Shown: positions 44,806-56,097, numbered from the stretch's first letter. The stretch is DNA of 64,000 nt from Anaerolineaceae bacterium (GCA_038562595.1 JBCFBH010000001.1:36093-100092), one strand, 5' to 3'. A program made the numbers and translations. Notes: a model not told the origin generated them from the letters alone.

Positions 44806-44956
44806 GCGCTAAGGTTAACATTCGGCTGCGAAAACGTCAAGAAACGACGGTGTCATAGTACTGCCGCGGCCGCCTGGTGCGAGTATGTTCCGCGGGAAAA
44901 AAGCGAGAGCGCTCACAAAATTGGGGCACCACATTTTATTAAGATAAGTTTAAATC

Positions 44957-44984
44957 TTGACAAACGGAATATTAAGATTAAAAT
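44957..44984 (+). promoter_or_regulatory. candidate sigma70 promoter of the MarR gene
   Basis: TTGACA-N16-TAAAAT. ATTAAGAT direct repeats at 44938 and 44971 overlap it. Confidence 0.5.
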
Positions 44985-45029
44985 AGTTGAAGTGTTTACT
45001 ATTTACAATCGCGCTTTGTTTCCAGGGAA

Positions 45030-45524
45030 ATGGTACCGGAACGCATGGTTTTTTACGAATCTTTGAAAGCAATTTTCCTTCACATCGACAATCACGAGAA
45101 GGCTTTCCTGAGCCGCTACAACCTGTCGGTTCCCCGTTTCTACGCACTCCTGCACATCCACAATCATCCCGGAATCAACTACATTGACCTGAGCGATCGC
45201 ATGCTCTGCACCAAGTCCAACACAACGCGCGTTGTGCAGGGTATGCAGAAGGACGGACTGGTACTGCGGAAGGCAGATCCGGCGGACCGCCGCAGCTTCC
45301 AACTTTCGCTGAGCCAATCCGGCGACGCGCTCTTTCAGAAAGTTTATCCAGAGTATCTCGCGCTCATAGACAAGCTTATGTCGCTCTTCAGCGATGAGGA
45401 GTTGGCACGTTACACTGTTGCGAGCAATCACATCGAAAACACCCTGGCTCCAGAAAACCTGGCGAGCCAGAATTCTGCGCTGCGAGTTGAGAACCCGCAG
45501 CCTGTTTCATCGCTCATCAACTGA
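45030..45524 (+). CDS. MarR-family transcriptional regulator
   Basis: Winged-helix region SNTTRVVQGMQKDGLVLRKADPADRRSFQLSLSQSG. Confidence 0.85.
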   Translation: MVPERMVFYESLKAIFLHIDNHEKAFLSRYNLSVPRFYALLHIHNHPGINYIDLSDRMLCTKSNTTRVVQGMQKDGLVLRKADPADRRSFQLSLSQSGDALFQKVYPEYLALIDKLMSLFSDEELARYTVASNHIENTLAPENLASQNSALRVENPQPVSSLIN

Positions 45525-45590
45525 AGTCAGGATGTATACTAAAAAAGGCAAACACAGCCAAATCATTCAACTGTTTCAAAGGAGAAACCA

Positions 45591-47138
45591 ATGAAGAAAA
45601 GTGTAATGCTCGTCGCAATCTTTCTGATTGCATCTCTGGTGCTCGGCGCCTGCGCCCAAGCAACAGAAGCCCCCGCGACCGAAGCCCCGACTGAGGCTCC
45701 TGTCGTTACCGAAGCTCCGACCGAAGCTCCGACTGAAGTTCCGACCGAAGAAGTGGCCGGTACCTTGCGCATTTGGGCTGACGAACAACGTGCTCCCGTT
45801 CTTGCTGAACTGGGTGCCGCGTTCAAAGCGGAATACAATGTGGATGTGGTCGTCGAGAATATCTCGGGTATTCGCGATCAGTTCACCGTTGCTGCTCCCG
45901 CTGGCGAAGGTCCAGATATTATCGTAATTGCCCATGACCAGATGCCGGCGCTCGTTGCCTCCGGCCTGGCCGCGGAAATCGACCTTGGTCCCAAGAAGGC
46001 TGATTTCCTCGAGTCCTCCATCAAAGCTTTCACCTACGAAGGCAAGCTTTATGGTATGCCCTATGCCCAGGAAAACCTCGGTTTCTTCTACAACACCGAG
46101 CTCGTTCCCACCCCTCCCACCACCTGGCAGGAAGTTTATGACATCAGCCAACAGCTGATTGCTGACGGCAAGGTTGAGTACGGTATGGTGCTCGCTGGTA
46201 CCTCCTATGATGCCTATCCCTGGATGACCTCTCAGGGTGGTTACATCTTTGGTGTGGATGCCAACGGTGACTATAATCCTGCTGACATTGGCGTTGGCGG
46301 CGAAGGCATGATCAAATTCGGCGAAATGGCTCTGCAGTGGGTCAAAGACGGTGTTCTCTCTAGTAACACTGACAACACCACCGCCAAATCCATGTTCAAA
46401 GACGGCAATGTCGCCTTCTTCATGAATGGTCCTTGGGAAATCAAGAACCTGCGTGAAGCTGGCACTCCTTTCGCCATCACCAAGTTCCCCGATGGCGGAA
46501 CTCCCTTCCTCGGCGTCCAGGGCTTTGTTGTGAATGCCTTCAGCGAGAACATCCTGCTTGCGCAGTCCTTCCTGACTGAATTTGTCGCGACTGAAGACGC
46601 TATGCTCAAGCTCTATGAAGCCGACCCCCGCGCTCCCGCTTATATTCCCGCTCTCGAGAAAATGGATGATCCGGACCTGGCTGCGATTGCTGAAGCTGGC
46701 GAAGGCGCTCTGCCTATGCCTGCCATCCCCGAAATGGGCGCTGTTTGGTCTGACTGGGGCAATGCCCTGACCTTCATTTTCAATGAGGAAAAGACCCCCG
46801 AACAGGCTTACACCGATGCGGCTAACAACATTAATATCGCTATTGCCTCCAAGGGCATGGTCAACGTGCCTGGTTCCTACCAGAGCTTAGTCGGTTGCGC
46901 CTCTGACTGGATGCCTTACTGTGCTCAGACCGCTCTGGTCCTGGGCGAGGACGGCAAGTACACCGGCACATTCCTGATCCCCGCTGGCGACTACGAATGT
47001 AAAGTTGCCCTCGACGGCGGTTGGGCTGTCTCCTACGGCGACGGCGATGCCAACTACAAGTTCACAGTTGCTGCTGACGGCGATGTGACCTTCATCTTTG
47101 ATCCTGAGACCACAACCCTCGAGATCATCGTTCCATAA
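45591..47138 (+). CDS. CUT1-family (MalE-like) ABC substrate-binding lipoprotein with an extra C-terminal beta-sandwich-like module
   Basis: Lipobox VLGAC and a (TEAP)n linker. MalE-like core. An additional 94 aa at the C-terminus. Confidence 0.85.
   Translation: MKKSVMLVAIFLIASLVLGACAQATEAPATEAPTEAPVVTEAPTEAPTEVPTEEVAGTLRIWADEQRAPVLAELGAAFKAEYNVDVVVENISGIRDQFTVAAPAGEGPDIIVIAHDQMPALVASGLAAEIDLGPKKADFLESSIKAFTYEGKLYGMPYAQENLGFFYNTELVPTPPTTWQEVYDISQQLIADGKVEYGMVLAGTSYDAYPWMTSQGGYIFGVDANGDYNPADIGVGGEGMIKFGEMALQWVKDGVLSSNTDNTTAKSMFKDGNVAFFMNGPWEIKNLREAGTPFAITKFPDGGTPFLGVQGFVVNAFSENILLAQSFLTEFVATEDAMLKLYEADPRAPAYIPALEKMDDPDLAAIAEAGEGALPMPAIPEMGAVWSDWGNALTFIFNEEKTPEQAYTDAANNINIAIASKGMVNVPGSYQSLVGCASDWMPYCAQTALVLGEDGKYTGTFLIPAGDYECKVALDGGWAVSYGDGDANYKFTVAADGDVTFIFDPETTTLEIIVP
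45663..45750 (+). repeat. coding low-complexity repeat (TEAP linker)
   Basis: Encodes ATEAPATEAPTEAPVVTEAPTEAPTEVPTEE. Confidence 0.7.
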
Positions 47139-47269
47139 GTCAGCTCCTGAACTAACGAGGAGACCAGGTTTTCCTGGTCTCCTCCAAACAATTTAACACG
47201 GCGTGTGCTGCGGTGCGCGAGCTTCTATGCAACACTTAGCGTGCTTCGCTAAGAAAGGAGTGACGGGTA

Positions 47270-48874
47270 ATGGGTGAAACGACTATCACGAAAACTCAGT
47301 TTGCCAAGCGAACCGTTTCTGGTGTTTCCTCTATTATCACTAGTGCAATCGTTCTAATCGTTGATGCGCTCCTTGGTTACTTTGTCTATCGCTTACTTGA
47401 CCTGGGGTACATCCCGCTCGCGATTGTTTTCATCTTGATCATCGCGATCATCAGTTTCTCGTTTCTTGTCCCAAAAGCTAAAATGTTTCGCTGGATGGCA
47501 GTCGGTTTGTCTGCCTGGCTTTTATTCTCCATTTTTCCCATCCTTTACACCATCTATAATGCCTTTACCAACTACGGCGATGCCCACCTGATCACGCAAA
47601 CTCAGGCTATCGCGCAAATTGAAGCGCATACTTACCTGCCTGAAACGGGCAAAGCCTACGAGTGGATTGCTTATCGCTCACCGGAGAATAATTACCTGCT
47701 TTGGTTGAAGGACGCTGAAGGGAATACCAGCATTGTACGGATGGTGGAGGCTAATGCGGAAGACCACACGTTAGAAGTGGTGCCAGGTCAAAATGGCATT
47801 GGTGAACTTGACGAGAACGGCGCGCCACAGACGATAGATGGTTACACCCGCTTGAATCGCATCAGCGCGGCAACCGATAAGAACCTAACCAATATCAAAT
47901 TCGGCGACCCGGAAAAGACCATCCAGATTCGCAGCCCATCAGAAGCGGCTGAGCTGCTGTCGTTGTTTTTATACGACCCGGAAACCAATACGTTTACCAA
48001 CCAACAAACCGGCGTGGTCTATACAGATATTGAAGGAACTTACACCGCTAAAAACGGCGAGAAAATTATCCCTGGCTACTCCGCTGTGGTTGGCACGAAA
48101 AACTTCGTACAGTTCGTCACTGCCCCGGGTTTGCGCGGACCCTTGGCGACGATTGTGAGCTGGAACTTCATCTTCGCCTTCATGAGCCTGTTTCTGACAT
48201 TTTCCTTAGGCTTATTGATTTCCATTATTTATGGAGATCCCAATTTCAAAGGGAAAAAACTCCTGAGGTCGCTGCTGTTGATTCCATACACTATCCCGAG
48301 CCTGATCACCATCCTGATCTGGCGCGGTATGTTGAACCCGCAGCTTGGGATTGTCAACCGCGTGCTGAATGATTTGTTCGGGCTCTCCCCGGATTGGTAT
48401 AACGTCCCGTGGCTGGCTCGCACAGCAATCTTGATTGTTAACACCTGGCTGGGTTATCCCTACTGGATGTTGGTTACCAGCGGTGCCTTGCAGTCCATCC
48501 CCAGCGATATTTATGAGGCTGCTGAGGTGGACGGCGCCACGGGCTGGCAGCGCTTCTGGAGAATCACGCTTCCGCTGCTGCTGGTCTCGGTTGGACCGTT
48601 GATGATAGCCTCGTTTATCTTTAACTTCAACAATTTCAATCTGATTTACGCGTTTATCAACGGCGGTCCGCCCATTCCGACCGCTACGACACAGGCTGGT
48701 TACACGGACATTATCATCAGTTACGTGTACAACCTGGCTTTCGCCAGCGGTCGCGGCGTCCAGTACGGTTATGCTTCGGCAATCTCTTTGGTCCTCTTTG
48801 TCCTGATTGCCATCATGTCGCTGGCACAATTCAGGTTCACGAATATGTGGGAGGAGGTTGGAGAAAATGTCTAA
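47270..48874 (+). CDS. MalF-like sugar ABC permease with a large extracytoplasmic loop
   Basis: 534 aa. EAA-type loop YEAAEVDGATGWQRFWRITLPLL. Confidence 0.85.
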   Translation: MGETTITKTQFAKRTVSGVSSIITSAIVLIVDALLGYFVYRLLDLGYIPLAIVFILIIAIISFSFLVPKAKMFRWMAVGLSAWLLFSIFPILYTIYNAFTNYGDAHLITQTQAIAQIEAHTYLPETGKAYEWIAYRSPENNYLLWLKDAEGNTSIVRMVEANAEDHTLEVVPGQNGIGELDENGAPQTIDGYTRLNRISAATDKNLTNIKFGDPEKTIQIRSPSEAAELLSLFLYDPETNTFTNQQTGVVYTDIEGTYTAKNGEKIIPGYSAVVGTKNFVQFVTAPGLRGPLATIVSWNFIFAFMSLFLTFSLGLLISIIYGDPNFKGKKLLRSLLLIPYTIPSLITILIWRGMLNPQLGIVNRVLNDLFGLSPDWYNVPWLARTAILIVNTWLGYPYWMLVTSGALQSIPSDIYEAAEVDGATGWQRFWRITLPLLLVSVGPLMIASFIFNFNNFNLIYAFINGGPPIPTATTQAGYTDIIISYVYNLAFASGRGVQYGYASAISLVLFVLIAIMSLAQFRFTNMWEEVGENV

Positions 48875-49760
48875 CTCGAAGAGCGTTTCACGGAAACCCC
48901 AATCCATCAAAAGCAGCAGACAGCTTGGGCTGATCCTACGCTGGGCGCTTGCGGTTGTCCTGGTCACATTCAGTATTTTCCCGGTGCTCTGGATTGTTTC
49001 TGCGGCGATTAACCCGGTGACTGACATGGCTAACCAGCAGCTCATTCCTGCGAACGCGGACTTTTCCAACTTCAGGGAACTGACGACCAATCCCATTTTC
49101 CCATTCTTCACCTGGTTAGGGAATTCTCTGAAGGTTTCCATCCTTTCCACGCTTCTCACGCTGTCTCTGACCACGATGGCAGCTTTCGCCTTCTCCCGCT
49201 TCCGCTTCAGCGGCAGACAGACGCTGCTAAAGTCCATTCTGCTCATTCAAAGCTTCCCGAACCTGCTGGCAATCGTGGCGCTGTTTTCGATTGTCAAGCA
49301 AATCGGCGATATCATCCCTGCTTTTGGGCTGAACACGCACGCAGGCTTGATCCTGGTGTATTCAGGCGGCGCGATGGGCATGAATATCTGGCTGATGAAA
49401 GGCTACATGGATACCATCCCGCGCGACATTGATGAATCCGCGCATGTAGACGGCGCTACTGACTGGCAGGTCTTCAGCAAGCTCATCCTGCCGCTCTTGC
49501 GGCCAATCCTCACGGTCATTGGCATCCTCAGCTTCATCGGTACTTACGGCGAGTTTATTATCGCCCGTACGCTGCTGACCAAGCGGGAGCTGCAAACGGC
49601 GATGGTCGGTCTGCAAATCTTCACAGCCGGGCAATACACCCAGAACTGGGGCGTGTTTGCCGCCGGCGCGTTAATCGCGGCTGTGCCGATAATGGTCATC
49701 TACCTGATCCTGCAGGATCAAATTGTGGGTGGTCTGACGCAAGGCGCGGTCAAGGGTTAG
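48867..49760 (+). CDS. MalG-like sugar ABC permease
   Basis: EAA loop ESAHVDGATDWQVFSKLILPLLRP. ATG 48867 overlaps the upstream stop (ATGTCTAA). Confidence 0.85.
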   Translation: MSNSKSVSRKPQSIKSSRQLGLILRWALAVVLVTFSIFPVLWIVSAAINPVTDMANQQLIPANADFSNFRELTTNPIFPFFTWLGNSLKVSILSTLLTLSLTTMAAFAFSRFRFSGRQTLLKSILLIQSFPNLLAIVALFSIVKQIGDIIPAFGLNTHAGLILVYSGGAMGMNIWLMKGYMDTIPRDIDESAHVDGATDWQVFSKLILPLLRPILTVIGILSFIGTYGEFIIARTLLTKRELQTAMVGLQIFTAGQYTQNWGVFAAGALIAAVPIMVIYLILQDQIVGGLTQGAVKG

Positions 49761-49772
49761 ACAACTCAGACG

Positions 49773-49803
49773 AAACAGGGCGGCTGCGGCCGCCCTGTTT
49801 TTT
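49773..49803 (+). terminator. rho-independent terminator
   Basis: aaacagggcggc-tgcg-gccgccctgttt followed by additional Ts. Confidence 0.75.
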
Positions 49804-49890
49804 GTGGTTAGCGATGTTCGTATAAACAGTACCCTGTATCCACCGCCTTGCAGGAAATTAATCGAGAGAATTCCTGAAAACCTTACCGGC

Positions 49891-51216
49891 TTACTCGTAC
49901 TTCAGCGCGTCCACCGGCACGAGCGTGGCGGCGTTGAGGGCGGGGTAAAGCCCGGAGAGCAATCCCACCAGCGTGGCAAACACGATGGAGAAAATCGGCA
50001 GCCAGAAGGGGGTAGCAGTCGCGATGGGCGTCGAGCTCATGTAGCCGCTGCTGGCAGCCTGGCTGGCAAGGTAGGAGCTGGCGAACACGTTGATTACCGC
50101 ACTGATAATCCATCCCAGCGTCGCCCCGCCAATGCCGCCGACAAAGCCGATGCCAGCCGCTTCGCCCAGGAAAATAGTCAGGATATTGTTGTTGGTCGCG
50201 CCGATGGCCTTCATGATGCCTATCTCACGGGTGCGTTCCAGGATGGACATGGTCATGGTGTTCGCGATACCAATGGCAGCCACAAGCAGGGCTATCGCCC
50301 CCACCCCTCCAAAGATGATCTGCATGATGGTGAAAAATGAGTTGATGCTCTCCACCGTCGATTGAGGCGTGTAAGCTTGCAAACCCATGTTGATGATCTG
50401 TTCACTGATCGCGACGACTTCTTTGGGGCTTTCTGCTTTGACCAATATCTGGTTGTACCCTTCCTTCTCGCGGTTGATCCTCCTGCCCATGCCCCATTCA
50501 TTCCAGCGGCTGAGCTCATCCAGGGTCATGTACATGTTGTAGTCCGACTCCCCTTTGCTTTCCTTCAGCACGCCGACCACTTCCATATTGTAAGAACGGC
50601 GGGTCTCCGTACCGTCCTGATTCCACTTGATCAGGGTCACCTTGAGGACCTTCCCCATCAGGTCCGGCGGTTCGATGGGCTCTGCGTTGGGTCTGGGGTT
50701 GGGATCGTAGAAGTTGCGGTTGATGTACGCGCCGATGACCAACTTGCCCCGGCCGAGCTCGGTAGTGCCCTGCGACGCTTCCAGATTCATGTCAGCCAGG
50801 TCCGCCACATCCACGCCCTGGAAATTTCCCCAGGAAGTCAGCTTGTCAAAGGTTATTTCGGAACCAACGCTGATATAGTCCTGAATAATCACGCGCTTGA
50901 CGCCCGGAATAGCTTTGATCTGCTCGATGACAGAGGGGGTGATCAGAACGAGATCCTGCTGGTCGATTGCGTTTCCGCCGCCACCCCCGCCGCCCCCCCT
51001 TATCTCCATCGGATAACCCGGATAGACATTGATATTGGATAGGTCGCTTATCCCCCACAGGGACTCGGTGGCATTTTTCTGCAGTCCCGCGCCAAGCGAG
51101 ACAAGCGTGACCACCGCCGCAGTACCGATCACCACCCCGATGGCGGTAAGCAGAACGCGACCCTTCCGGCGCGCCAGGTTAGCGACAATCAGGTCGACGA
51201 GATCGCTAAATCGCAT
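49891..51216 (-). CDS. MacB/FtsX-type ABC permease
   Basis: 441 aa. N-terminal TM, large extracytoplasmic domain, C-terminal FtsX-like 3-TM bundle. Confidence 0.85.
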   Translation of the reverse strand: MRFSDLVDLIVANLARRKGRVLLTAIGVVIGTAAVVTLVSLGAGLQKNATESLWGISDLSNINVYPGYPMEIRGGGGGGGGNAIDQQDLVLITPSVIEQIKAIPGVKRVIIQDYISVGSEITFDKLTSWGNFQGVDVADLADMNLEASQGTTELGRGKLVIGAYINRNFYDPNPRPNAEPIEPPDLMGKVLKVTLIKWNQDGTETRRSYNMEVVGVLKESKGESDYNMYMTLDELSRWNEWGMGRRINREKEGYNQILVKAESPKEVVAISEQIINMGLQAYTPQSTVESINSFFTIMQIIFGGVGAIALLVAAIGIANTMTMSILERTREIGIMKAIGATNNNILTIFLGEAAGIGFVGGIGGATLGWIISAVINVFASSYLASQAASSGYMSSTPIATATPFWLPIFSIVFATLVGLLSGLYPALNAATLVPVDALKYE

Positions 51217-51228
51217 GTCAGATCCTTA

Positions 51229-52644
51229 TCAGTACTTTGGCGGGAAAGGAACGTTTTGTAAGTCCTCTTCCATAGGGATATCGGCTGGTTGTTCCGCGCT
51301 GCTGCCTGTGCCGATGCCTAAAAAGCCCTTGATCGCGTTCCAGATCTTTGTCCAGAAGCTGACCGGCTGCTCAGGTTCAACCGGCACCCCGCCTTCTCCC
51401 GGAATAGGCTCCTCAGGCAAAATCACAGCCGGCTGCACCTCAATCTCCAGCATTGTTTCATACACGCGCAGCTGATTGAAATCATCGGTGTAATTAATAG
51501 CCACATTAATCTTGGCTGGGCCTTCGCTGAAAGGGGTGTACATCACGTCCCAGGTGAAGTAACCGCCTGGGTCCAAGGTGCCCACGAGCCCGGTGTTGTT
51601 TTGCAGATCAGCGTTCTCGGAGCTGATGGTCATGTTGCCGAGCACAGTGGTCTTGCGGGAAAGGTTAGTAATCTGGATGGGCAGCGCGGTCATTGTGCCG
51701 TTAAAAAACATGCCCGGATCCCGGTAAAAGCTGATCTCGAGCTGGGGCAGGGCGTAAACCAGCAGGGTGATCAGTTGGTCATCAACCGCGCGTGTGCCGC
51801 CCGGTGCTGTGTAGACCAGGGAGACTTTGAGTGGATAAGCGCCGGGAACGGTGCTGACATTGACGACAAACTGCTGCTCTGTTTCCACAGACGCGCCGAC
51901 AGGCAGCTCACCCAGCAGAACCACGTTGGAGCTGCCCACAGGCGCGAAGTTGGTCAGGTCGCCGGTGGAACCGGAAATGCCGGGTTGGGGCGTGCCCTGT
52001 TCGTTGGGTGCAAGCGAAACTCCGCCGCCGTACACCAGCGACACATTGCTGGCGTCCGCCACACCGGCATTGGCGATCTTCAGCTTCAGTTTGAAAGCCG
52101 AGCCGGGCTGCAGCGGCTCTACATCCGTGTTGTAGCCGGAAATGACGAGCTGCGGTTTGGTGGCTGGACCTGGAGTAGGGGTCTTGGTCGGGCTGGCCAC
52201 GGCGGACTGGGCAATGGCGACATAAAACACAAAGGAGGTGGAGTAGCTCGTGCCGGCATCGTCTGTGTAAGTGGCTGCGGCGTTAATCACGCCGGAGTAC
52301 TTCCAGGTGCTGTAATCGCTCACGCGAAAGCGGAAGGTCGTTCCGGGACGGTCCTCAGGACCGATGCTGTTCAGGGTAAACACGCCGCCATTCAGCGGAA
52401 TGAAATCCTCGCTGCTGAAAGTCATTACAAGATTTCTGGCGACGGCATCACTTTTATTTGCCAGAACGAAGGTGAAGTCGAAAGGCGCCCAAGGCGAAAC
52501 CGCGCTGTTGGGTCCCGGAGAGTACGAATAGATATAGAGCAGCGGCTGCGAGGTCTGCGCGGCTGCCGGCTTAGCTGGCGCGCTTGCCAGCAGTAAAACC
52601 AGCAGAAATGCGGCTGCGGTAAATCGGTAAATTGCTTTTTTCAT
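51229..52644 (-). CDS. exported multi-domain beta-sandwich protein (CARDB/COG1361-like)
   Basis: Signal peptide ...APAKPAAAQ. Three internally similar modules (for example FTFVLANKSDAVARNLVMTF and FKLKLKIANAGVADASNVSLVY). Confidence 0.7.
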   Translation of the reverse strand: MKKAIYRFTAAAFLLVLLLASAPAKPAAAQTSQPLLYIYSYSPGPNSAVSPWAPFDFTFVLANKSDAVARNLVMTFSSEDFIPLNGGVFTLNSIGPEDRPGTTFRFRVSDYSTWKYSGVINAAATYTDDAGTSYSTSFVFYVAIAQSAVASPTKTPTPGPATKPQLVISGYNTDVEPLQPGSAFKLKLKIANAGVADASNVSLVYGGGVSLAPNEQGTPQPGISGSTGDLTNFAPVGSSNVVLLGELPVGASVETEQQFVVNVSTVPGAYPLKVSLVYTAPGGTRAVDDQLITLLVYALPQLEISFYRDPGMFFNGTMTALPIQITNLSRKTTVLGNMTISSENADLQNNTGLVGTLDPGGYFTWDVMYTPFSEGPAKINVAINYTDDFNQLRVYETMLEIEVQPAVILPEEPIPGEGGVPVEPEQPVSFWTKIWNAIKGFLGIGTGSSAEQPADIPMEEDLQNVPFPPKY

Positions 52645-52646
52645 GC

Positions 52647-53383
<737 letters not shown>

Positions 53384-53384
<1 letters not shown>

Positions 53385-54169
53385 TAGAAGAAATAGAAGC
53401 TGCTGGTGGTGGAAATGCCGCTTAGTAAAGTGCCGATAAACCCGGGAACCCCCAGCAGCAGCAGCATGATGAAGACCGCTGCCAAGGCGGAACTGAGCGC
53501 TTTGCCTTTGGATAGTCCCGAAAGCGGGCGGACGCCAACCAACAGCAGAATGACATGCCAGACATAGTACAGGTCTATCGCCGCAAGCACGCTGCGCAGG
53601 TAAGCATTGAAACCAACCGCGTCGGAGGGGAGCAGCGCGGAAAGCCCCGGGTTCTCCACCAGCCGCCGAGTGAAGAGAATGACAAAGATTTCCACCAGCA
53701 CGCGCAGAATGAACGGGGTCATGGACCAGGCTGCCAGGTTGCTGGCGCCCACACGGCTGGAGCGGCTGCCCCGCAGGGTGATGGCCAGGTGCAGCAGGCT
53801 GCTTGTCAGCAGCCAAATCAACCAATACCCGCTCACCCGCTGCAGGATGGGAAAAACATACAGAAACAACGGCGAAGTCTGTGAAGCCTGCGCCTGGAGA
53901 AACGCATTCTGCTCATCGTTGGTCCAATACTGGAAGTTTTCCGGAATATTGGAGCCGGATTGGATGATTTGCCGTTGAATTGGGGCGGCAAACAACACAG
54001 CCAGGATACTCAGGGCGGAAAGAATCAGCAGGGGCGCCAGCCAGACTGCTTTGTCCTCCGCGAGGATTGAATGGATGGTTTTGCGCGGTTTCGCGAGAAC
54101 AGCCGGCAGCCAACGCCAGTGCATCACAGGCGCGGAGGCTTTCTTCTTTTCAATTAAGGCTTCGGTCAT
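53384..54169 (-). CDS. polytopic membrane protein (tentatively Yip1-like), first gene of the ABC operon
   Basis: About 5 TM segments. Start assumed at Met55 (MTEALIEKKK) of ORF 53384..54331; the coordinate comes from ORF-track arithmetic. Confidence 0.5.
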
Positions 54170-54447
54170 AACAACCTTTCTTTCGCGTGATATTATGTTC
54201 AGGACGAAAACCGCCGCGTTTTGTTCCCAAATCACGCGGCCATTTCTTACGCACAAGTATAAGCACAAATTCTTTCTGATGTATCTGTTGATTCGCAGGT
54301 CCCGGGTGGCAAGGGGATTGCTTTTTTCCATAAAAAAAGCGAACTAATGTACTTCTGTCAGAGAGAGAAAGCTTGCAATTATCCTGCTAAACGGGTATAC
54401 TGTACCTGCTAATCAGGAATGATATACCCGATTAGCAGGAGTGAGAT

Positions 54448-55662
54448 ATGTACATTAAACGCCAGATTGAAGAAGCAATTCTCAAAAGCTCAGCAACGTT
54501 TCCGGTCGTTCTTTTAACCGGACCGAGGCAGACCGGAAAAAGCACGGTGTTGCGGCATTTGGAGCAGCCTGGAAGAACTTACATCACGCTGGATGATCCT
54601 GCAATCAGAGAATCTGCCAGGTCCGCGCCGGATTTGTTCTTTCAACGTTATTCGCCACCTCTGATTCTTGACGAGATTCAGTACGCACCGCAACTCTTTC
54701 CATACATAAAGATGATTGTGGATGAACGCCGGGAGAATGGTTTATTCTGGTTGACAGGCTCTCAGGTGTTCGAGATGATGCAGAATGTGCAGGAATCCCT
54801 TGCGGGGCGGGTCAGTTTGCTGAAAATGGTTGGATTTTCGCAAGCGGAAAAAGAGGGACGCAGCGCGATGGCTTTTCCCCCTGAACTAAAAGAGTTGGTC
54901 GCGCTTGCTTCCAGGCAGAGTTCAAAATCCGCTGAACAAATTTTCCAGTCGATTTGGCGGGGTTCGATGCCCAGGGTGATTACCCAACCCGAAATGGATG
55001 TTGAGAATTATTATGCCTCCTATGTCCAAACTTACCTTGAACGGGATGTTCGTTTGATTACGGCAATCTCAGATGAAGGTCAATTTGTGCGCTTCATCAA
55101 GCTAATCGCCGCCAGAACCGCGCAGGAACTCAATTTAGCGGCTCTTGCCCGGGATATTGGGGTTGATGCAAAGACCTGCCGGCGTTGGCTGGATATTTTG
55201 GAAACGACAGGTCTGGTCGTTGAACTGCCTGCCTATTCGGGGAACCTGAGCGACCGCTTGATAAAGCGACCAAAAATCTACTTTATGGATACGGGTCTGG
55301 CTGCTTATCTTACCGGTTGGCAGTCGGCTGAAGCGATGATGAATGGAAGCTACAGCGGCGCGGTGTTTGAGACCTGGGTTGTGTCTGAGATTCTGAAAAG
55401 TTGGTGGTTCAACGGAAAACTCCCGGTTATTAACTATTACAGGGATAGAATGCAGAAAGAAGTAGACCTGATCATTTCCAGAAATCAGCAGCTGCTGCCG
55501 TTTGAAATTAAGAAGAGCGCAAATCCCACTCACGCATTGAAAAACTTCCCTGCGTTGGAGAAACTGACCGCTGAGATTGGATTCGGCGGGGTGCTGAGCC
55601 TCTCATCCGAACTCCTGCCGATCACCGAAAAGTACTGGCAGATACCGGTCTCGCTGCTTTAA
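54448..55662 (+). CDS. AAA-family ATPase with a DUF4143-type C-terminal domain (COG1373-like)
   Basis: Walker A GPRQTGKST, Walker B LILDEIQ. SD GGAG. Confidence 0.8.
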   Translation: MYIKRQIEEAILKSSATFPVVLLTGPRQTGKSTVLRHLEQPGRTYITLDDPAIRESARSAPDLFFQRYSPPLILDEIQYAPQLFPYIKMIVDERRENGLFWLTGSQVFEMMQNVQESLAGRVSLLKMVGFSQAEKEGRSAMAFPPELKELVALASRQSSKSAEQIFQSIWRGSMPRVITQPEMDVENYYASYVQTYLERDVRLITAISDEGQFVRFIKLIAARTAQELNLAALARDIGVDAKTCRRWLDILETTGLVVELPAYSGNLSDRLIKRPKIYFMDTGLAAYLTGWQSAEAMMNGSYSGAVFETWVVSEILKSWWFNGKLPVINYYRDRMQKEVDLIISRNQQLLPFEIKKSANPTHALKNFPALEKLTAEIGFGGVLSLSSELLPITEKYWQIPVSLL

Positions 55663-55719
55663 TGCGCGTTATGGAATGCCCGCAGGCTAACTGACCGCCT
55701 ACTGCCAAATTCCGCGCGC

Positions 55720-56097
55720 TCAGCAGGTCCCGTGTGCCAAAAGGACCACCTTCTTCCCGAGGTGGAACAGGCGGTTGTATTCCTGGCAGGCTTGTGGGGT
55801 GCGCATAGCCACTAACTGCGCGCCGGCAGCCTGCACAGCCTCACGGGCTTTCTTCCCAATCTCCAGCGCGCCCTCCACTCCTGTGCCAATCACCAGAATT
55901 TCAGGCTTGAGCTTGAGCGCGCGCTTGAGCATCCTGGGCTTGAGTTTGTGCCCTTCCCGTTCGTGCCAGGCACTTACGCCTTCCGCGCAGAGGAGGATGT
56001 CTTTGCCCACGCCTTCGTCAGGTCCGTGCACAGCGCCATTGATGGTGAACCGTGCCCATTCAAAACAGGTGATGGGTCCTTTTGGGTCTGAAAACAT
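55720..56097 (-). CDS. Mth938-like (DUF498) domain protein
   Basis: ILVIGTG core and overall size. GGAGG 5 nt upstream of ATG 56097. Confidence 0.6.
   Translation of the reverse strand: MFSDPKGPITCFEWARFTINGAVHGPDEGVGKDILLCAEGVSAWHEREGHKLKPRMLKRALKLKPEILVIGTGVEGALEIGKKAREAVQAAGAQLVAMRTPQACQEYNRLFHLGKKVVLLAHGTC

Noticed and set aside
53385-53825. 147-codon N-terminal extension of the ABC ATPase ORF.
   Set aside because: It is Ala/Gly/Pro/Arg-rich and overlaps the membrane-protein gene in another frame. The ABC domain starts at MASDMSD with a TAATG coupling.
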